A stretch of 64,000 bases of DNA, taken from the NCBI RefSeq assembly GCF_030028105.1, contig NC_092371.1, positions 97,057,064 through 97,121,063 of the forward strand. The letters run 5' to 3'. Shown piece by piece: positions 47,912-61,300 of this stretch. The position numbers were made by a program, and so were the translations under genes. Each line of letters starts with the position of its first letter. The first letter of the stretch is position 1. The notes beneath the pieces were generated by a model, which searched no databases, was not told the DNA's origin, and saw only the letters and a list, made by a program, of their open reading frames with translations. This DNA is from Mobula birostris (lineage: Eukaryota).

Positions 47912-50900
47912 TGTAACACTTGCTTCTCCTGGCCGCTTAATAGAGGAGTTGATAACCCCCATGCCCGACCAAACCTAAGACATCCCGTTTGGATGGATGC
48001 TGCGCGATGTGTCCCCTGTTACAATCAGTACCCCGAAAACACAAACCGTACACAATATGCGATTAAACGATTAAGCTTTATAACTCTTACTTTGACTATA
48101 TGGTTAGTAGAGAAACAAAATATAAAAGAAAAGATGCCAATAATATTATTAAATAGTCATGTGCACACGAAGTTGGAGCTCACGCAGTCCAGCAGTTTTT
48201 CTTCCCCCATCGATCTGCACCTTCGGACCCCCGCTCGGAGTCCCCGTCCCCCCCGGGTCGGACGGCCCACCAACTCGCTCAAGTCGCGTCTCCTCTCTTC
48301 ATTCCCTTCGCGCCTTCTCCAAAAGCCCGCAAAACCAACAGGTTTCAGACACACAAGAAAGAATAACATTTCCCCCATTGGATCTCTAGTTATCTCTAAT
48401 TATAACTCAAACATTGCTGCTGCAGAGAAACCGTTACCTCATCAGTTAATATTCTTCCCCCGATCTATCACTCTTGTCCCCCTGCATCTCGGAAGCCTCT
48501 ACCCCGTGTCCAGGCCCCGTCTCCTCTCCTTCAGTATCCTGCTGTAACCCAGTCTACCTACAGCTAGCCCCCTCCACTTCACCTGACTCAGTGGGAGAAG
48601 GGCCGGGGTCTCTTCCTCAATCAATGGGGAGTTAGCGAACGGCAGCATGTATCACACATCCAGATCATCATCCTCCGGATCAATTTTCCGCTCATGGGCG
48701 GAGCCCGGCTCAGCCTCGCCCGCTGTGGGGCCTGCAGTCGCCCCGCGTTTTCGCAGAGTCCTCTTACTAGGTGTAGGCTCCAAGTCGGTCTCCTGGTCCA
48801 CCTGCACCTCTTGTCCCAAGGGCAACAGGTGGTTCCGATGGAGAACCTTGACAGGCCCCTTCCCCTCCTCGGGCCTCACCCGGAAAACCGGTAGGTTTGG
48901 CATCTGATTCTCCACCACATAGGGTGTGGCCGCGAAGCGGTCAGCAAGTTTGTGCTTTCCAGGTACGGTAGTCCCAAATTCCTTATGAGGACTCAGTCTC
49001 CCGGCAGGAGTTGGGAGAACCTCACTTTCTGATCATGCCTCCTCTTATTCCCTCGATTCTTCTTGGCAGCCGCAACCCTAGCCAATACATAAGCACTTTT
49101 CAGCTCTCTCCTCATATCAGACACATACTTCAGATAAGGCTTCTGTGGTAAGTCACTCGCATTAGTCCCAAAACAAAGGTCAAAGGGCAATCTCGCCTCA
49201 CGCCCAAACATCAGATAATATGGCGAATACCCAGTAACTTCATTTCGTGTACAGTTGTAACAGTGAACCAGATGCCCAATATATTGACTCCACCTGCTGT
49301 TCTTGCTGATCTCCATGGTCCTGAGTATGTGTAGTGTTACGTACCCCGTAACTGGGTTGCCAAACCAGCAGAAATGGACCACTTAGTTGGAGTCTGGATT
49401 GCTGGAACTAAGAAAGTTTTATTAAAGAAATAAGTAACACAGTACTCTAATAGTAAGGATATAAATGCAACAGGTTAGCAATGAATAAACACACATGTAC
49501 ACAGAACTAGGATAATAGGATCAATCAAGCTCTATCGCAGTCTAGGGGTAAAATGATCAGTCTCAAGTGACGCAGAGTTCAGTTCAGCTGAGTACAGTTC
49601 GCAGCAATCACTGTTGTGCCGTTGGAGAAGAGAGAGAGAGAGAGAGAGCGCGAGCGAATGCAAATTTTGATTTACAGACCTTTGATGTTCCTCGCAGTTA
49701 GCTTTTGGGCGAGCCCTTTTTTAATGTCTTCTGAGGTCACCGACTGTGACCCCTCCGTTCCGGATACGATCGTCCTTCCGCGGTGAACCCGGCACCCAGG
49801 CAAGGGCGGACACACACACCAGGTTCCCGCCGATCGTACCGTCTCACCCTGTGCGTCTATGGTCGATTCCCGCGACCAGACCTCCAAAACTCTCATCCAC
49901 TTGTGGGGGCACACCGCACCTCCAGGGTCTGGTTATCTCGTGATCTCGTGGTGTCTGTCTTGCCTTAGCGAACCTGTTCCTTTTATCCCCCAGATGGGGT
50001 ATCGCCTGTCCATCAAACTTCAAACAGTTTAGTTTCAAAGCAACTGGTCTGACAATACTCGGAACTGTGTCTATTTTCGTTAATCTCTCTCGTCTCTCAT
50101 TAACATGTCTGAATGCTGCTCCATTGTCTCACTTATCTCTCTCATTAGCATCAATCTTCTGATAACTTGGTCTTTCGTCACAGTAGCAAGGCCCGATTAA
50201 ACCTCTCAGGCTGGGGATCTCCGTGCGGGTGATAGGGCGTGGTCCCCGACTTCTCAACTCCAAGCATGCCCAGTAACTCACAGATGAGTCTGTTCGCGAA
50301 GTCCCGTCCCTGGTCACTATGTATCCACCTGAGAAGGCCATAATGTACGTAACACTTCCCCCATAACACCTTTGCCACCGTACTCGCCCTCTGGTCCTTG
50401 GTAGGAAAAGCCTGAGCATTTTTGGTGCAGTGGTCCGTGATGACTAAGACACTCGTCGTGTTGCTGGCATCGGCTTCTATGGACAGGAAATCCATACACA
50501 CCAGGTCCAGGGACCCTGCGCTCTGCTAGTGGGACAAAGGAGCTACCCGCCTAGGCAGTGTCTTCCCGCGTATGAAGCGAATGCACGATATGCAGTATTC
50601 TTCAACCTCCGACTTCATGCGGGGCCAGTAAAACGGTCTTTGAGCAATCCATAGGTGTTTTCCACCCCCAACTGTCCAGAATCATCCATGTAGTGACTTC
50701 AACGCAATCCTCCGATACTCGTCGGGCAGCACCAGCTGGCAACGGCGAGGTCGGTCCGGGGGTGACGTGACCCGGTATAAGATCTGGTTCTTCAACTCCA
50801 ACCGAGGCCATTCTTTCAGTAATGGAGGCACCGAAGCGTGTTTCGACTTCTCCGCCTGAGCCGTGTCTCCCTTCTCAACCGCAGACCAAATAGTGTCAAG

Positions 50901-53819
50901 CCCGGGTCATCTCACTGAGCAGCTGCCACTTCCCCAGAACGCAAATCCGGCAGCTGATTTGTCTTCAAAGCAGTCAGGTTACAGTAAACTGGGGGTATGG
51001 CGTCATCAGAAACCCTCAATTGATCCACTGCTCAATCTGGCCTCTCCTTTTCCTCTGACCTCACGGTGATGGTAAACTGACACATGGCCTTCATCCCAGG
51101 AGCAGGAACGCTCTCCCACTCCTCGAACCTGTCCAGTCCCTCATGCACCCGTCAGGACAAAGCATCCACATCAATGTTCCAGCTCCTTGCCGGTACTTCA
51201 GGCTGAAATCATAGGCAAACAACGCTGCAAACCACCGATGGCCTGTGGCATCCAGTTTCGCTGAGGTCAAGATATAAGTGAGCTGGTTGTTCTCCGTCCT
51301 CACCTCAAACTTGGCCCCGTAGAGATAGTCACTCAGCTTATCCACCACTGCTCATTTCAACGCCAGGAATTCAACTTGTGCGAGGGATAGTTTGTCTCGG
51401 AGGGCGACAAACTCTGGCTGACAAACACCACAGGCCTCAACCCAGTGCCCTGATCCTGAGAGAGGACGCCCCCTATAACCCCTCTCTGCTGGCATCTGTG
51501 AGTAGTACATACGGCAATAGGGGGTCCGCAAAAACCAGGACCGGTGCCGAGGTCAGTAACTCTTTCAGCGACTGAAAAGCCTCCTCACATTTTGCATCCC
51601 ACCTCTGTCCGAAGAGCTCCGATGGGTTTAGATATTCTCCACCCTCCCGTCTTCTTTTTCCTTTTCCTTTCTTCCCGAAGGGAGAGTAACCACACAGAAG
51701 CTGATTCAAGGGGTGATTCATTTTGGCGCAGCCCTTCACGAAAATCTCCCATAGCAACCACAGAACCCAAGGAACGAGCGCAGAACGCTCACAGTCTGGG
51801 GCCTCCGCCAAGCTGTCATCGCTTCTATCTTAGCCTGGTACTTGTCCAGGGAAAGTTTTAAGCCTTCAGATTTCCGGCGGCCGAGCACCTTCAGTAGCTT
51901 CGCTTTGTGTTCTTCCAAGTTGGACCCAAATACTATAAGATAAGGTCATGCAAATACACCAGCACCTCAAGCAAGTTCATACACCCAACGTCTTCAACAT
52001 GACCCTCTGGAAGGTTGCAGGGGCTCCCGATATGCCCTGGGGCATCCTTTCGAACTGGAAAAATCCCAGGGGACATATAAATGCCGTCTTCTCTTTGTCG
52101 GCCTCACTCATCGGGATCTGGTAGTATCCACTCCTTTAATCCAGCACACTGAACCACTTTGCACCACTCAGACAGGCCAGTGCGTCCTCTCCACCCGTCC
52201 TATCATGCGAAGGGTTCACACCCGCCATGACTCCCGTGACCTCAGTTCTCAGCTCTGCCACCACCTCCTTTACCATTTCCCGGGTTGCGCTGGCCCCGGT
52301 CACTTCACCACAAGGGGCTACTACCGAGGACTGCATCCTGCTGGCGGACCCCAACGTGTCCGTCTCCAACGGACACGGACCCAACGGCGCCAACGTGTTC
52401 TCAGCCTCCCGCACCTCTCTGATCAGCTGAACGAACGATGGAGAGAGGCGCGTTTTACGGGACTGCCGGAGATCCTGAGCAATCCTGTCCTGGGCCTGGG
52501 CTAGTTACCTAGTCCAGCCTTAACTTATCCACCTTGGCTATCCGAATGACACTCCGGCGCCGCAAGCGATTTAGCCGTCTCTAGCCGAAAAAGGTACGCG
52601 GAAAGCTTCTCCCCCTTCTCCTGACGCACGTTTTGAAAATTCCCCAGGATCTCCCAGGAGCTGCCGGTCGGAACAAAAGCGCTGTCCAGGGCTTGCAGAT
52701 AATTTACAGACGTCGCTGCGGGATAATCTAACCTGACAGTTCTGACAACGTCAGCAGCTCGCCCATTCAAACTTTCAACCAATCACTGTCGCTTTTCATC
52801 ATGCGAGCACGACCACTCATTTAACAACTGAGAGGTCAGTCCCCCCAAGCCTCATACTCCTCCTCCCCGTTAGGGGTGGGCGTTATTCCAGAGAATCGGC
52901 GGAGCCTGCCATAGCTGGGACTTTGACTCTGATCTTTCCATTTATTCGCCAGAGAAGTAAGGACGGATACTACCTCAGAATTCTCACTCTTCACCGGGGG
53001 ATGTGGACTAATTAGACATTCCAAATCCGATCACTCTTTCCTCTCACTCCTCAGAAATGATAGAACTCTGTCTTTGAAATCTCCGCCTCCAGCTACCTCA
53101 GCGCTGGTCTGCATTAAAGCGAGAGCTGCGCCCGCTATTTTATCAAACCTCCGCTCACAATCGCAACTTTAACAGTGGAATTAACAATCCATCCGGAGTA
53201 CAGATATCTCCCCAACTGGTTCACTGCTCAGGGTAACCACACAGTATCCAACGGAATCAATCCCGAACGTAGCCCCCACAATTCTAACACTTGCTTCGCC
53301 TAGCGGCTTAATCTCGGGGGTGATAACCACACTGTCCGGCGGAATTTAAGAAATCTCGTTTGGGTGGATGCTGCGCGATGTTTCCCCTGTTACAATCAGT
53401 ACCCCGAAATAACAAACTGTACACAATATGCGATTAAACGATTAAGCTTTATAACTCTTACTTTGAATATATGGTTAGTAGAGAAACAAAATATAAAAGA
53501 AAAGGCGCCCATAATGTTATTAAATAGTCATGTGCACTCAAAGTTGGAGCTCACGCAGTCCAGCAGTTCTTCTTCCCCCACCGATCTCCTCCTTCGGACC
53601 CCCGCTCGGATTCCCCCCCCCCCGATCGGACGGCCCACCGACTCGCTCAAGTCGTGTCTCCTCTCTTCATTCCCCTCGCACCTTCTCCAAAAGCCCGTGA
53701 AACTAACAGGTTTTAGACACACAAGAAAGATTAACATTTCCCCCATTGGATCTCTAGTTATTTCTAATTATAACTCAAACATTGCTGCTACACAGAAATC
53801 ATTACCTCATTAGTTAACA
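47912..53819 (-). mobile_element. Gypsy LTR retrotransposon with PNMA-like gag (RT-RH-IN order), internally deleted
   Basis: LTRs 53819-53283 and 48451-47912; tRNA-Pro-like PBS TGGGGGCTACGTTCGGGAT (53278-53260); PPT GGGGGAAGAA (48461-48452). Gag YGRLRRFSG..PNGEEEYEAW / ESLNGRAADVV; RT GAKWFSVLD; RH TDASREGL, FEVRTENNQL; IN MDFLSIE..SDQGRDF..TTPYHPHGDPQPERFN. Confidence 0.93.
49335..50182. mobile_element. Solo LTR nested in the integrase of the 47.9-53.8 kb element
   Basis: TGTTAC...GTCACA termini with 4-bp TSD GTAG (49331-49334, 50183-50186); removing it rejoins ERFNRALL|HILRTME; shares accagcagaaatgg...ttggagtc with the LTRs at 57379 and 62382. Confidence 0.9.
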
Positions 53820-54175
53820 TTACTGAGAATCCATTACATTAACTTTCTCAGAAGGTTAAGGAGCTTTGGGGTGTCACCGAACACCAAGCGAGTGATGGAA
53901 AGAATGATGGAGAGAACTTCGACAGAGGTGTTGTTCAAAGTATCCTGACTGGTTCCATTCTGCTCTGATGCTCCAATATCTGCTACTGTGTCTAAGAAGC
54001 TGCCGGTAGGAGCGAACTCAGCCCAATACGTCACGACGCATCCTTCCTCAGTGTCGGTGGATTCTGTGATATATGCTATCTTTAGAAGGCACTGCCTCAG
54101 GAAGGCAATAGCTATCATCAAAGATCCCCACCATTAAGCCAGATGATAACAAATCCAACGTAGTTCAGACTATAG

Positions 54176-55860
54176 TGTCAATCGGAGGTGGCTGGGAACG
54201 GACCCAAGTGCAAGACACAGACACTGAAGTACTAGGGACAGGACTAGGATACAGGTTGACGGCAAGGACATGGACACGAAAACCAGGAACCTGGAACAGG
54301 ACTGGACAAGAGAGCTAGGAGCCCGGGCTTGGACTCCGAGACAGAGACTGGACAAGGACCTAGTACCTGGGTCTTGCCTCTGGCTCGGACCCCAGAACCC
54401 GGCAAGGACGAGGCTTGGCAGGCAGGCAGGACGAGGCTGGAGTCTTCAGGCTTGAGGCTAGAAGCGAGATTTGGCAGGAGGCAGGAGGCTGGAGTCTTCA
54501 GGCTTGAGGCTAGAGGCGGGGCTTGGCAGGAGGCAGGAGGCTGGAGTCTTCAGGCTTGAAGTTTGAGGCTAGAGGAGAGGCTTGGCAGGAGGCAGGATGG
54601 ACTCCGAGCCAGAGACTGGACAAGGACCCAGTACCTGGGTCTTGCCTCTGGCTCGGACCCCAGAACTAGGCAAGGACGAGGCTGGAGTCTTCAGGCTTGA
54701 GGCTAGAGGCAAGACTTGGCAGGAGACAGGAGGCTGGAGTCTTCAGGCTTGAGGCTAGAAGCGAGGCCTGGCAGGAGGCAGGAGGCTGGAGTCTTCAGGC
54801 TTGAGGCTTGAGGCTAGAAGCTAGAGACTTGGCTTGGCTTGGCAAGAGGCTAGAGGCTAGAGACTTGGCTTGGCTTGGCAAGAGGCTAGAGGCTAGAGGC
54901 TGGAGTCTTCAGGCCTGAGGCTGGGCAGGAAGCTGGAGTCCTCAGGCTTGAGGCTAGGCAGGAGGCTGGAGTCTTGAGGTGAGGCAAGGCTGCAGGCTGG
55001 AGGCAGGAGACTTGAGGTGAGGCAAGGCCGGAGACTGGAGGCAGGAGACTTGAGGCGAGGCGAGGCTGGAGGCTGGAGGCTGGAGACTTGAGGCGAGGCG
55101 AGGCTGGAGTCTTCAGGTTTGAGGCTAGGCAGGCTCCTCCGGGGCCATTCACCTGGGCAGGGCGCGGTACTCCTGGGCAGGGCACGGATCACCTGGGCAG
55201 GGCGCGGATCTCCTGGGCAGGGCGCGGTGCTCCTGGGCAGGGCGCGGTTCACCACCCGACGGAGGCATGGGACAGGAAAGGACAGAACCAACCGCAGGTA
55301 ACGGCGAGATGGCCTGGCTTACCCGACGGATGCAAGGGACGTGAAGGGACAAAACCAACCCCAGGTAACGGCAAGACGGCCTGGCTTACCTGGGCGAGGC
55401 AAGGGACAGGAAGGGACAGAACCAACCCCAGGTAACGGCAAGACGGCCTGGCTTACCTGGGCAGAGGCAAGGGACAGGAAGGGAGCTAGGTACACGGTGG
55501 CTCCAGGACAAGACTGCAGACGAGACGAGACGAGAGTTACCAGCAAGACAAGGCAAGCCTTCAGGCAATGCAAGGCGAAACGAGAACTTCAGGCGAGGCG
55601 AGAGTTACTGGCAAGACAAGGCAAGGCTTCAGGCGAGGAAACAGAAGGCAGAGGAAGGGATACAAGGAGTAAGGACAAGAACAATCCAGCAGCCACACCC
55701 TGGTCTCTGAAGATATTTATGCAGCCAGCCCCAACAAGCATCAGCTGCCTTAATTAGTGCTTAATAGGAACAGAAACAGGGTAGACAGGAATACCTGGAG
55801 CAAGGGTCGATGGACAGGACCGTGAACCGGAATACGGACTTCACAGACCGGACCATGACA
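54176..55860 (-). mobile_element. Long solo LTR expanded by internal tandem repeats
   Basis: TGTCAA...ATGACA termini, 5-bp TSD TATAG (54171-54175, 55861-55865); TATA-like GCATAAATA on the minus strand near 55715. Confidence 0.85.
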
Positions 55861-56879
55861 TATAGTCCTGATGTTCGTTTCATTTAATGAATTTAAATCG
55901 AATCCATAACACCTGATGATTCTCTGTCCATATTTGTAACTTACCTATAAACCCCACAATTTTACCAGTCCTGGTGTCATCCTCAATCTTGCTCATCCAC
56001 CCAACTGCATTTTTATCCAAGTCACAGATATATATCACAACCAAGAAGTTCAAACACTGAATTCTGGAACACATTTGGTCATGGAACTCCAGTCAGCAAA
56101 ACAGCCTTCTACTCTAACTCTGTCTTTCATGGGAAAGCCATTTCCAAATATAAACATATAATACACATTGGATCTCATGTATCTTTATCTTCTGAATCAA
56201 CCTACCACGAGGGACCTTTCCAAATGCTTTATTAATGTTCATATAGATAATTTTCACTGCATTACCTCATTAAGGACAGTAGTCACCTCCTCAAAAACTC
56301 CACTCAAGTTTGTAAGACAATACCAGCCCACACAACGTCGTGCTGACTGTACCTAAGCACAGAAATTATATTCATAAGTATCCTCTCCAATAGCATCCTT
56401 ACAACTGACAGAGTGCTCACTCGCCTATAATTACGTGAAATATTCCTATTTCTATTTTGAATAAAGGTATAATATTTGTTACTTTCTTGTCCCCCAGGAC
56501 CTCGCCTACAGCTAGTCAAGACACTAAAATCGTCCACAATGACAACACTTGCTTCTGTCAATATGCCGGAATAGTTGCCATCAGACTCTGAGGATTTATC
56601 CACCTTAATGCTTTTCAGAAGACCCTGCACTAATTCCTCCGGCATCTCAAAATGTCACGGCACATTCACATGCTGCACCCTGCCTTCAATATCCTGCAAA
56701 TCCTTCTCCTCGGTAAATACCGACGCCAAGTACTACTTTAGCACCTCAGCTACTTGTATGGGCTCAAAGCACAAATTTCATACTTCATCCATGAGTGGAC
56801 AAATCCTCTCGCTAGGTATCCTCTTTTCCCTAATCTAAGTATAAAATGCCTTGGGATTATCATTGATCCTTGTTTAATA

Positions 56880-58320
56880 GGGGTTCTCCCTGTCAGACGT
56901 GGATGGTAGGGTGAAGGAAACATCCCGTCAAGAGGATAAAAGAGGCACACTTAAGGTTTATGAAGCAAAGATCAGACAGAGCTCTAGAGGACTACAAAGT
57001 AGCCAGGAAGGAGTTGAAGAATGGACTTTAGAGAGCTAGAGGGCGGAATGAGAAGGCCTTGGATAGTAGGATTAAGAAAAACCCCAAGACTTTCTACACG
57101 TATGTGAAGAACAGGAAGATGACTAGAATGAGTGTAGGATTGATCAGTGAAAGAAGACGAAAAATGTGCCTGGAGTCGGAGGAGGTAAGAGAGGTCCTTT
57201 CTGAATAGTTTGCTTCAGTATTCACCACTGAGAGGACTTGACTTTTGTGAGGACAGCGTAAAACAGGTTGACATGCGAGAATATGTGACATTAAGAAAGA
57301 CTGTTCTGGAACTTTTGAAAGAAAAACGAGTCCCCGAGGCCAAATGGGATATAACTGAGGTTACAACGGGAAGTGAGGTGTCACGAACCCCGTGACGGGA
57401 ATAAAGAACCAGCAGAAATGGAAAACACTTTGGAGTCCAGTATTGCTATAAACTAATAATATTTATTAGTAACTACGCAATACAGTAATATAAATGTAGA
57501 TAAATCAAACAGATTAGCAATGATTTTATATATGTGTGTGTGTAAATATATATGTAAGTAAGTATATCAGTAAGTGTGGTAATATATGTATAAAAAACCA
57601 AGCTTCTTTAAGCCTAGGGGTAAAAAGATACAGTCTTACGATGATGAGTAAAGTTCAGTTCAGTTCGGTTCGTGGTATTGAGTTGAGTAGTGATGGAGAG
57701 AGAGTGAGGGAGACATTTGAGTTTTCAGGTGAGCTGACGCCGTCGATCTTCTCGTTGTGCTTTGAAATCCTTTAACAGTCACCGACGTTGACTTTAACAA
57801 AGGGGACCGGTTTTTCTGTGGTGGAGCAATCCCCTAGGCGAGGGTGGACACATGGACAACTCCACACCAGTCAACCCTTTTCCTCCTTTCCACTGCAAGA
57901 GCGACGGATCGATCCACCTGATCGATCTTCCAAAACCCAGTTTTTCTGCGGACACAGCAATGCTCATTCAGGGTCCAGAGCATGTATCTGAGGTCTATCA
58001 TCTGACCTCCTATTTTATCTTCCCGTGCTGAGCATCAACTGTCAGTCAAATTATCCCTCCTTCCTTTCTCTGTGAAGAAATGCACAAGCAGGCAAAAGTC
58101 CTTGAAGAAGTATCAACAACCTGCTGAAAATCATAACATCAATTTTCCATTTAATAACGCCCTCGGTCACCATAGCAACTTATGAGCTGCTCGGTGCTAT
58201 CTCCACTTCAGCAGAAATCCAACAGTTGACCAGTTCTTTCGCGTTCCTTAAAGTGACAGTCCAACAGTTAGTCATCGTCTCTCTCTCTCTCTTTTTCAAA
58301 AGAAAATGTCGGTGGTAAAT

Positions 58321-58354
<34 letters not shown>

Positions 58355-61300
58355 AAAAGCACAGTTAATAGGGGTAATTCAGGACCCCGTTACACTCCCC
58401 TTCCTCAGAGAGAAAAACATTGACGAAGACGATTTTTTTTGTCTAAATGTAGATTACAGAGTTTTAACCAATACAGGTAAAACATCAGCAGATGACAGAA
58501 CAAAATGTGTACAGATTCCAACTTAATATCTGGATAAGTAATCAGCTATAATATTGTCAGTACCTGTCACATGTTTGATTGTTACGTCACATTCTTGCAA
58601 TATCAGACTCCAATTTAACAACCTTCTATTCTTATCCTTCATCTTAGTTAGAAATATCAACGGATAATAACCCATGTAAATCACAAGTGGTCTCTGGGCA
58701 ACAGAAAGATTTCGAGGCCTCTACACATAGACCTCAAAATATTGTAAGATCAGAATAAGTGCTAATAATTCCTTTTCAACAATTGAATAATTTTTTTGGT
58801 GCACCTTAAAGTTCTTTGAGGAATAAGCTACTAGATGTTCAATGTCATTCACTCCTTCGTGTAACAGTACTGCCCCAGCAGCTTCATCACTAGCGTCTGT
58901 TGCTATAGAAAATGGCTTTGAAAAATAAAGTGCTTTGAGCACAGGATGATAACACAGAATGGTTTTCAGATGTTCAAATGCCTCCTGGAAAAGGTCATTC
59001 CACACAAATCTTTCATTCTTCCCCAATAGTATTGTTAGGGGAGAGCGACGTCAGCAAAGTTCTTACAACACTTATGATGATGTCCAACCATTCCTAAAAA
59101 CCTTCTCAAAGCTTCTTTGCCAGTCGGAACAGGAACTTCAGCAATAGCTTGAACCTTGGCCTGTACAGGATCCAGGTGGCCCTGGTTTACTACGTAGCCA
59201 AGATAAATAACAGCAGCATGACCGAACTCACTTTTAGCGAGGTTCACAGTAAGATTAACCTTGGAAAGTCTGTCAAACAGTTTTTCTACAGCTGCAATCT
59301 GCTCTTCCCACGTGTCATTCCAGACCACTAAATCATTGATATAAACCCCTGTGCTTTCCAACCCTCCACTCACAGAATTGACCATTCCTTGAAATGTCCC
59401 TGGAGCATTTTTCATCCAGAAGGTTAAAATATTGTACCCATACAGTCTAGATGGTGTCACAAATGCTGATATCTCTTTAGCCCTCTCTATTAATGGAACA
59501 CCCCAGTGTCCTTTTAATAAGTCAATCTTAATAAGGTATTTAGCCTTCCCCAATATATCAATACAGTAATCTACTCTCTGTCCTTGCTCTTTCTGGTTTC
59601 TAACTCCTTCTGCAACCATTTTACCTTCCTCAAAGTTCACTCTGTGAAGATGGCGTTTCATAGGCTGGGCTGAATGTATAATGACGAGATGCACTGCACC
59701 TGTGCACCATTTCAAAATGCCAATTAGTTCTTTCGCTTGTTGTTGCAGTCTAGGCTCCACCTGATGGACCTTATCAGTAATGTTTTCCAAAACAATGGAA
59801 TTCTGACATTTTGGTGAGACTAGATTCAGTGGTTAAACATGTTTTTCCACTCCACTATCAGATTGCACGACTCCATTTTGTTCCATAACAATTCTCCCAG
59901 CTACTATTCTAGCAAACAACTGTTTCATTTTGATTCAACTACCTTGTAAACTTTCCTTTGCAAGGACACAAAGCTTACTAAAGCTTTCCCAGAATTTTAA
60001 AACATACTTAAACACACTGATACATCTTTCTAAATCAGACCATAGTTCTCTGAGTAAGGTCAAATGCCCTTTTGGCCTGTAACCGAATACAGCTTTCAAC
60101 AAACTACCCTCCAATGCCTTCTGAATCGAATCTCCAATGACAAATAAGAGGAGGGGAACCCCCTCATCCTAATTTTTCCCATTTCTCACACAATATGCTT
60201 TAATCATGGTCTCAGGAGTTGAGCCGTTTCAAGGCTCCCTTGGACTCTGTGTGATATGTAGATGACATCATGTGCTTAGCTTCCAATTGTCTAACTGTCC
60301 CCAGGAATGTTCTCGAAGTAAAATTACTGCCCTGGTCAAATTGAATTTCTTTGGGCAGACCTACCAGTGTGAAAAACTTACTGAATGCTGTTACCACAGT
60401 CTTGGCCTCGGTGTTTTCAAAACACACTGCTTCAGGGGACCGAGACACAGCACACACAATTATTAACTCATACTGATAACCAGCCACAGTCTTTCGCAAT
60501 GGGCCTACACAATCCACTATGACCACAGGAAAAATTTCACCTAAAGCAGATATCGGTTTAAGTAGTGTTACCTGAATAACCTGATTAGATTTCCCCTCAA
60601 CTTGACAGGTATGGTCAGTCCTGTAAAAATTCACAACATTCTTCCTTAAACTAGGCCAGTAAAATTCCTTCATAATCCTATTCACTGTCTTTCTCACTCC
60701 ATGAGGTCCACCTAAAGGCATACTGTGAGCCATGTTTAAAATTTCAGCCCTATAGACTTTCAGAACCACCACGTGACTTTTAGGCACAGTGGCTGGTCTC
60801 CACTTCCTCATCAACACCTTATCTTTAAGGTAATGTCCCACTGACTCTCTCTGAACCTCCTCTCCTGTGAGAGCTATCTCCCTTAAAGCCACCACTCCAG
60901 AATCTCGCTTCTGTTTCTCTATAAATTCCTTCCTCAATAAAGACAAACCTTTCTCATATACCTTATTTTCATCAGCTGTACTATCCTCTAAGTCCTGCTG
61001 AAATCTGGAAGGTAGAAAAGGCTGTGACACATCATCATAATTTAACCCTTTTGTTTTGCTATCATAGGCCTCAACAGGCTGCTTACTCATGAGCTGAAAA
61101 GCCTTATTCATCAGCTGAATTACTGAAACACTCTTATCTTGGAGAGGTGTCAACATGCCTCCATTGTTTACTAAACTCAGCACCATCACCAGGCTGATGA
61201 GAACCATGTATACATTATGGAAGAGACCAAACAATCTACCCATCTGATTACGACCTTCACTACGCCTTGCTTCCATAGCAACTTCCACTCCAAAACCATA

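Noticed and set aside
55151-55490. Regular 20-bp and 67-bp repeats that could be mistaken for a CRISPR array
   Set aside because: No unique spacers, a eukaryotic context, and they lie inside an LTR with a TSD.
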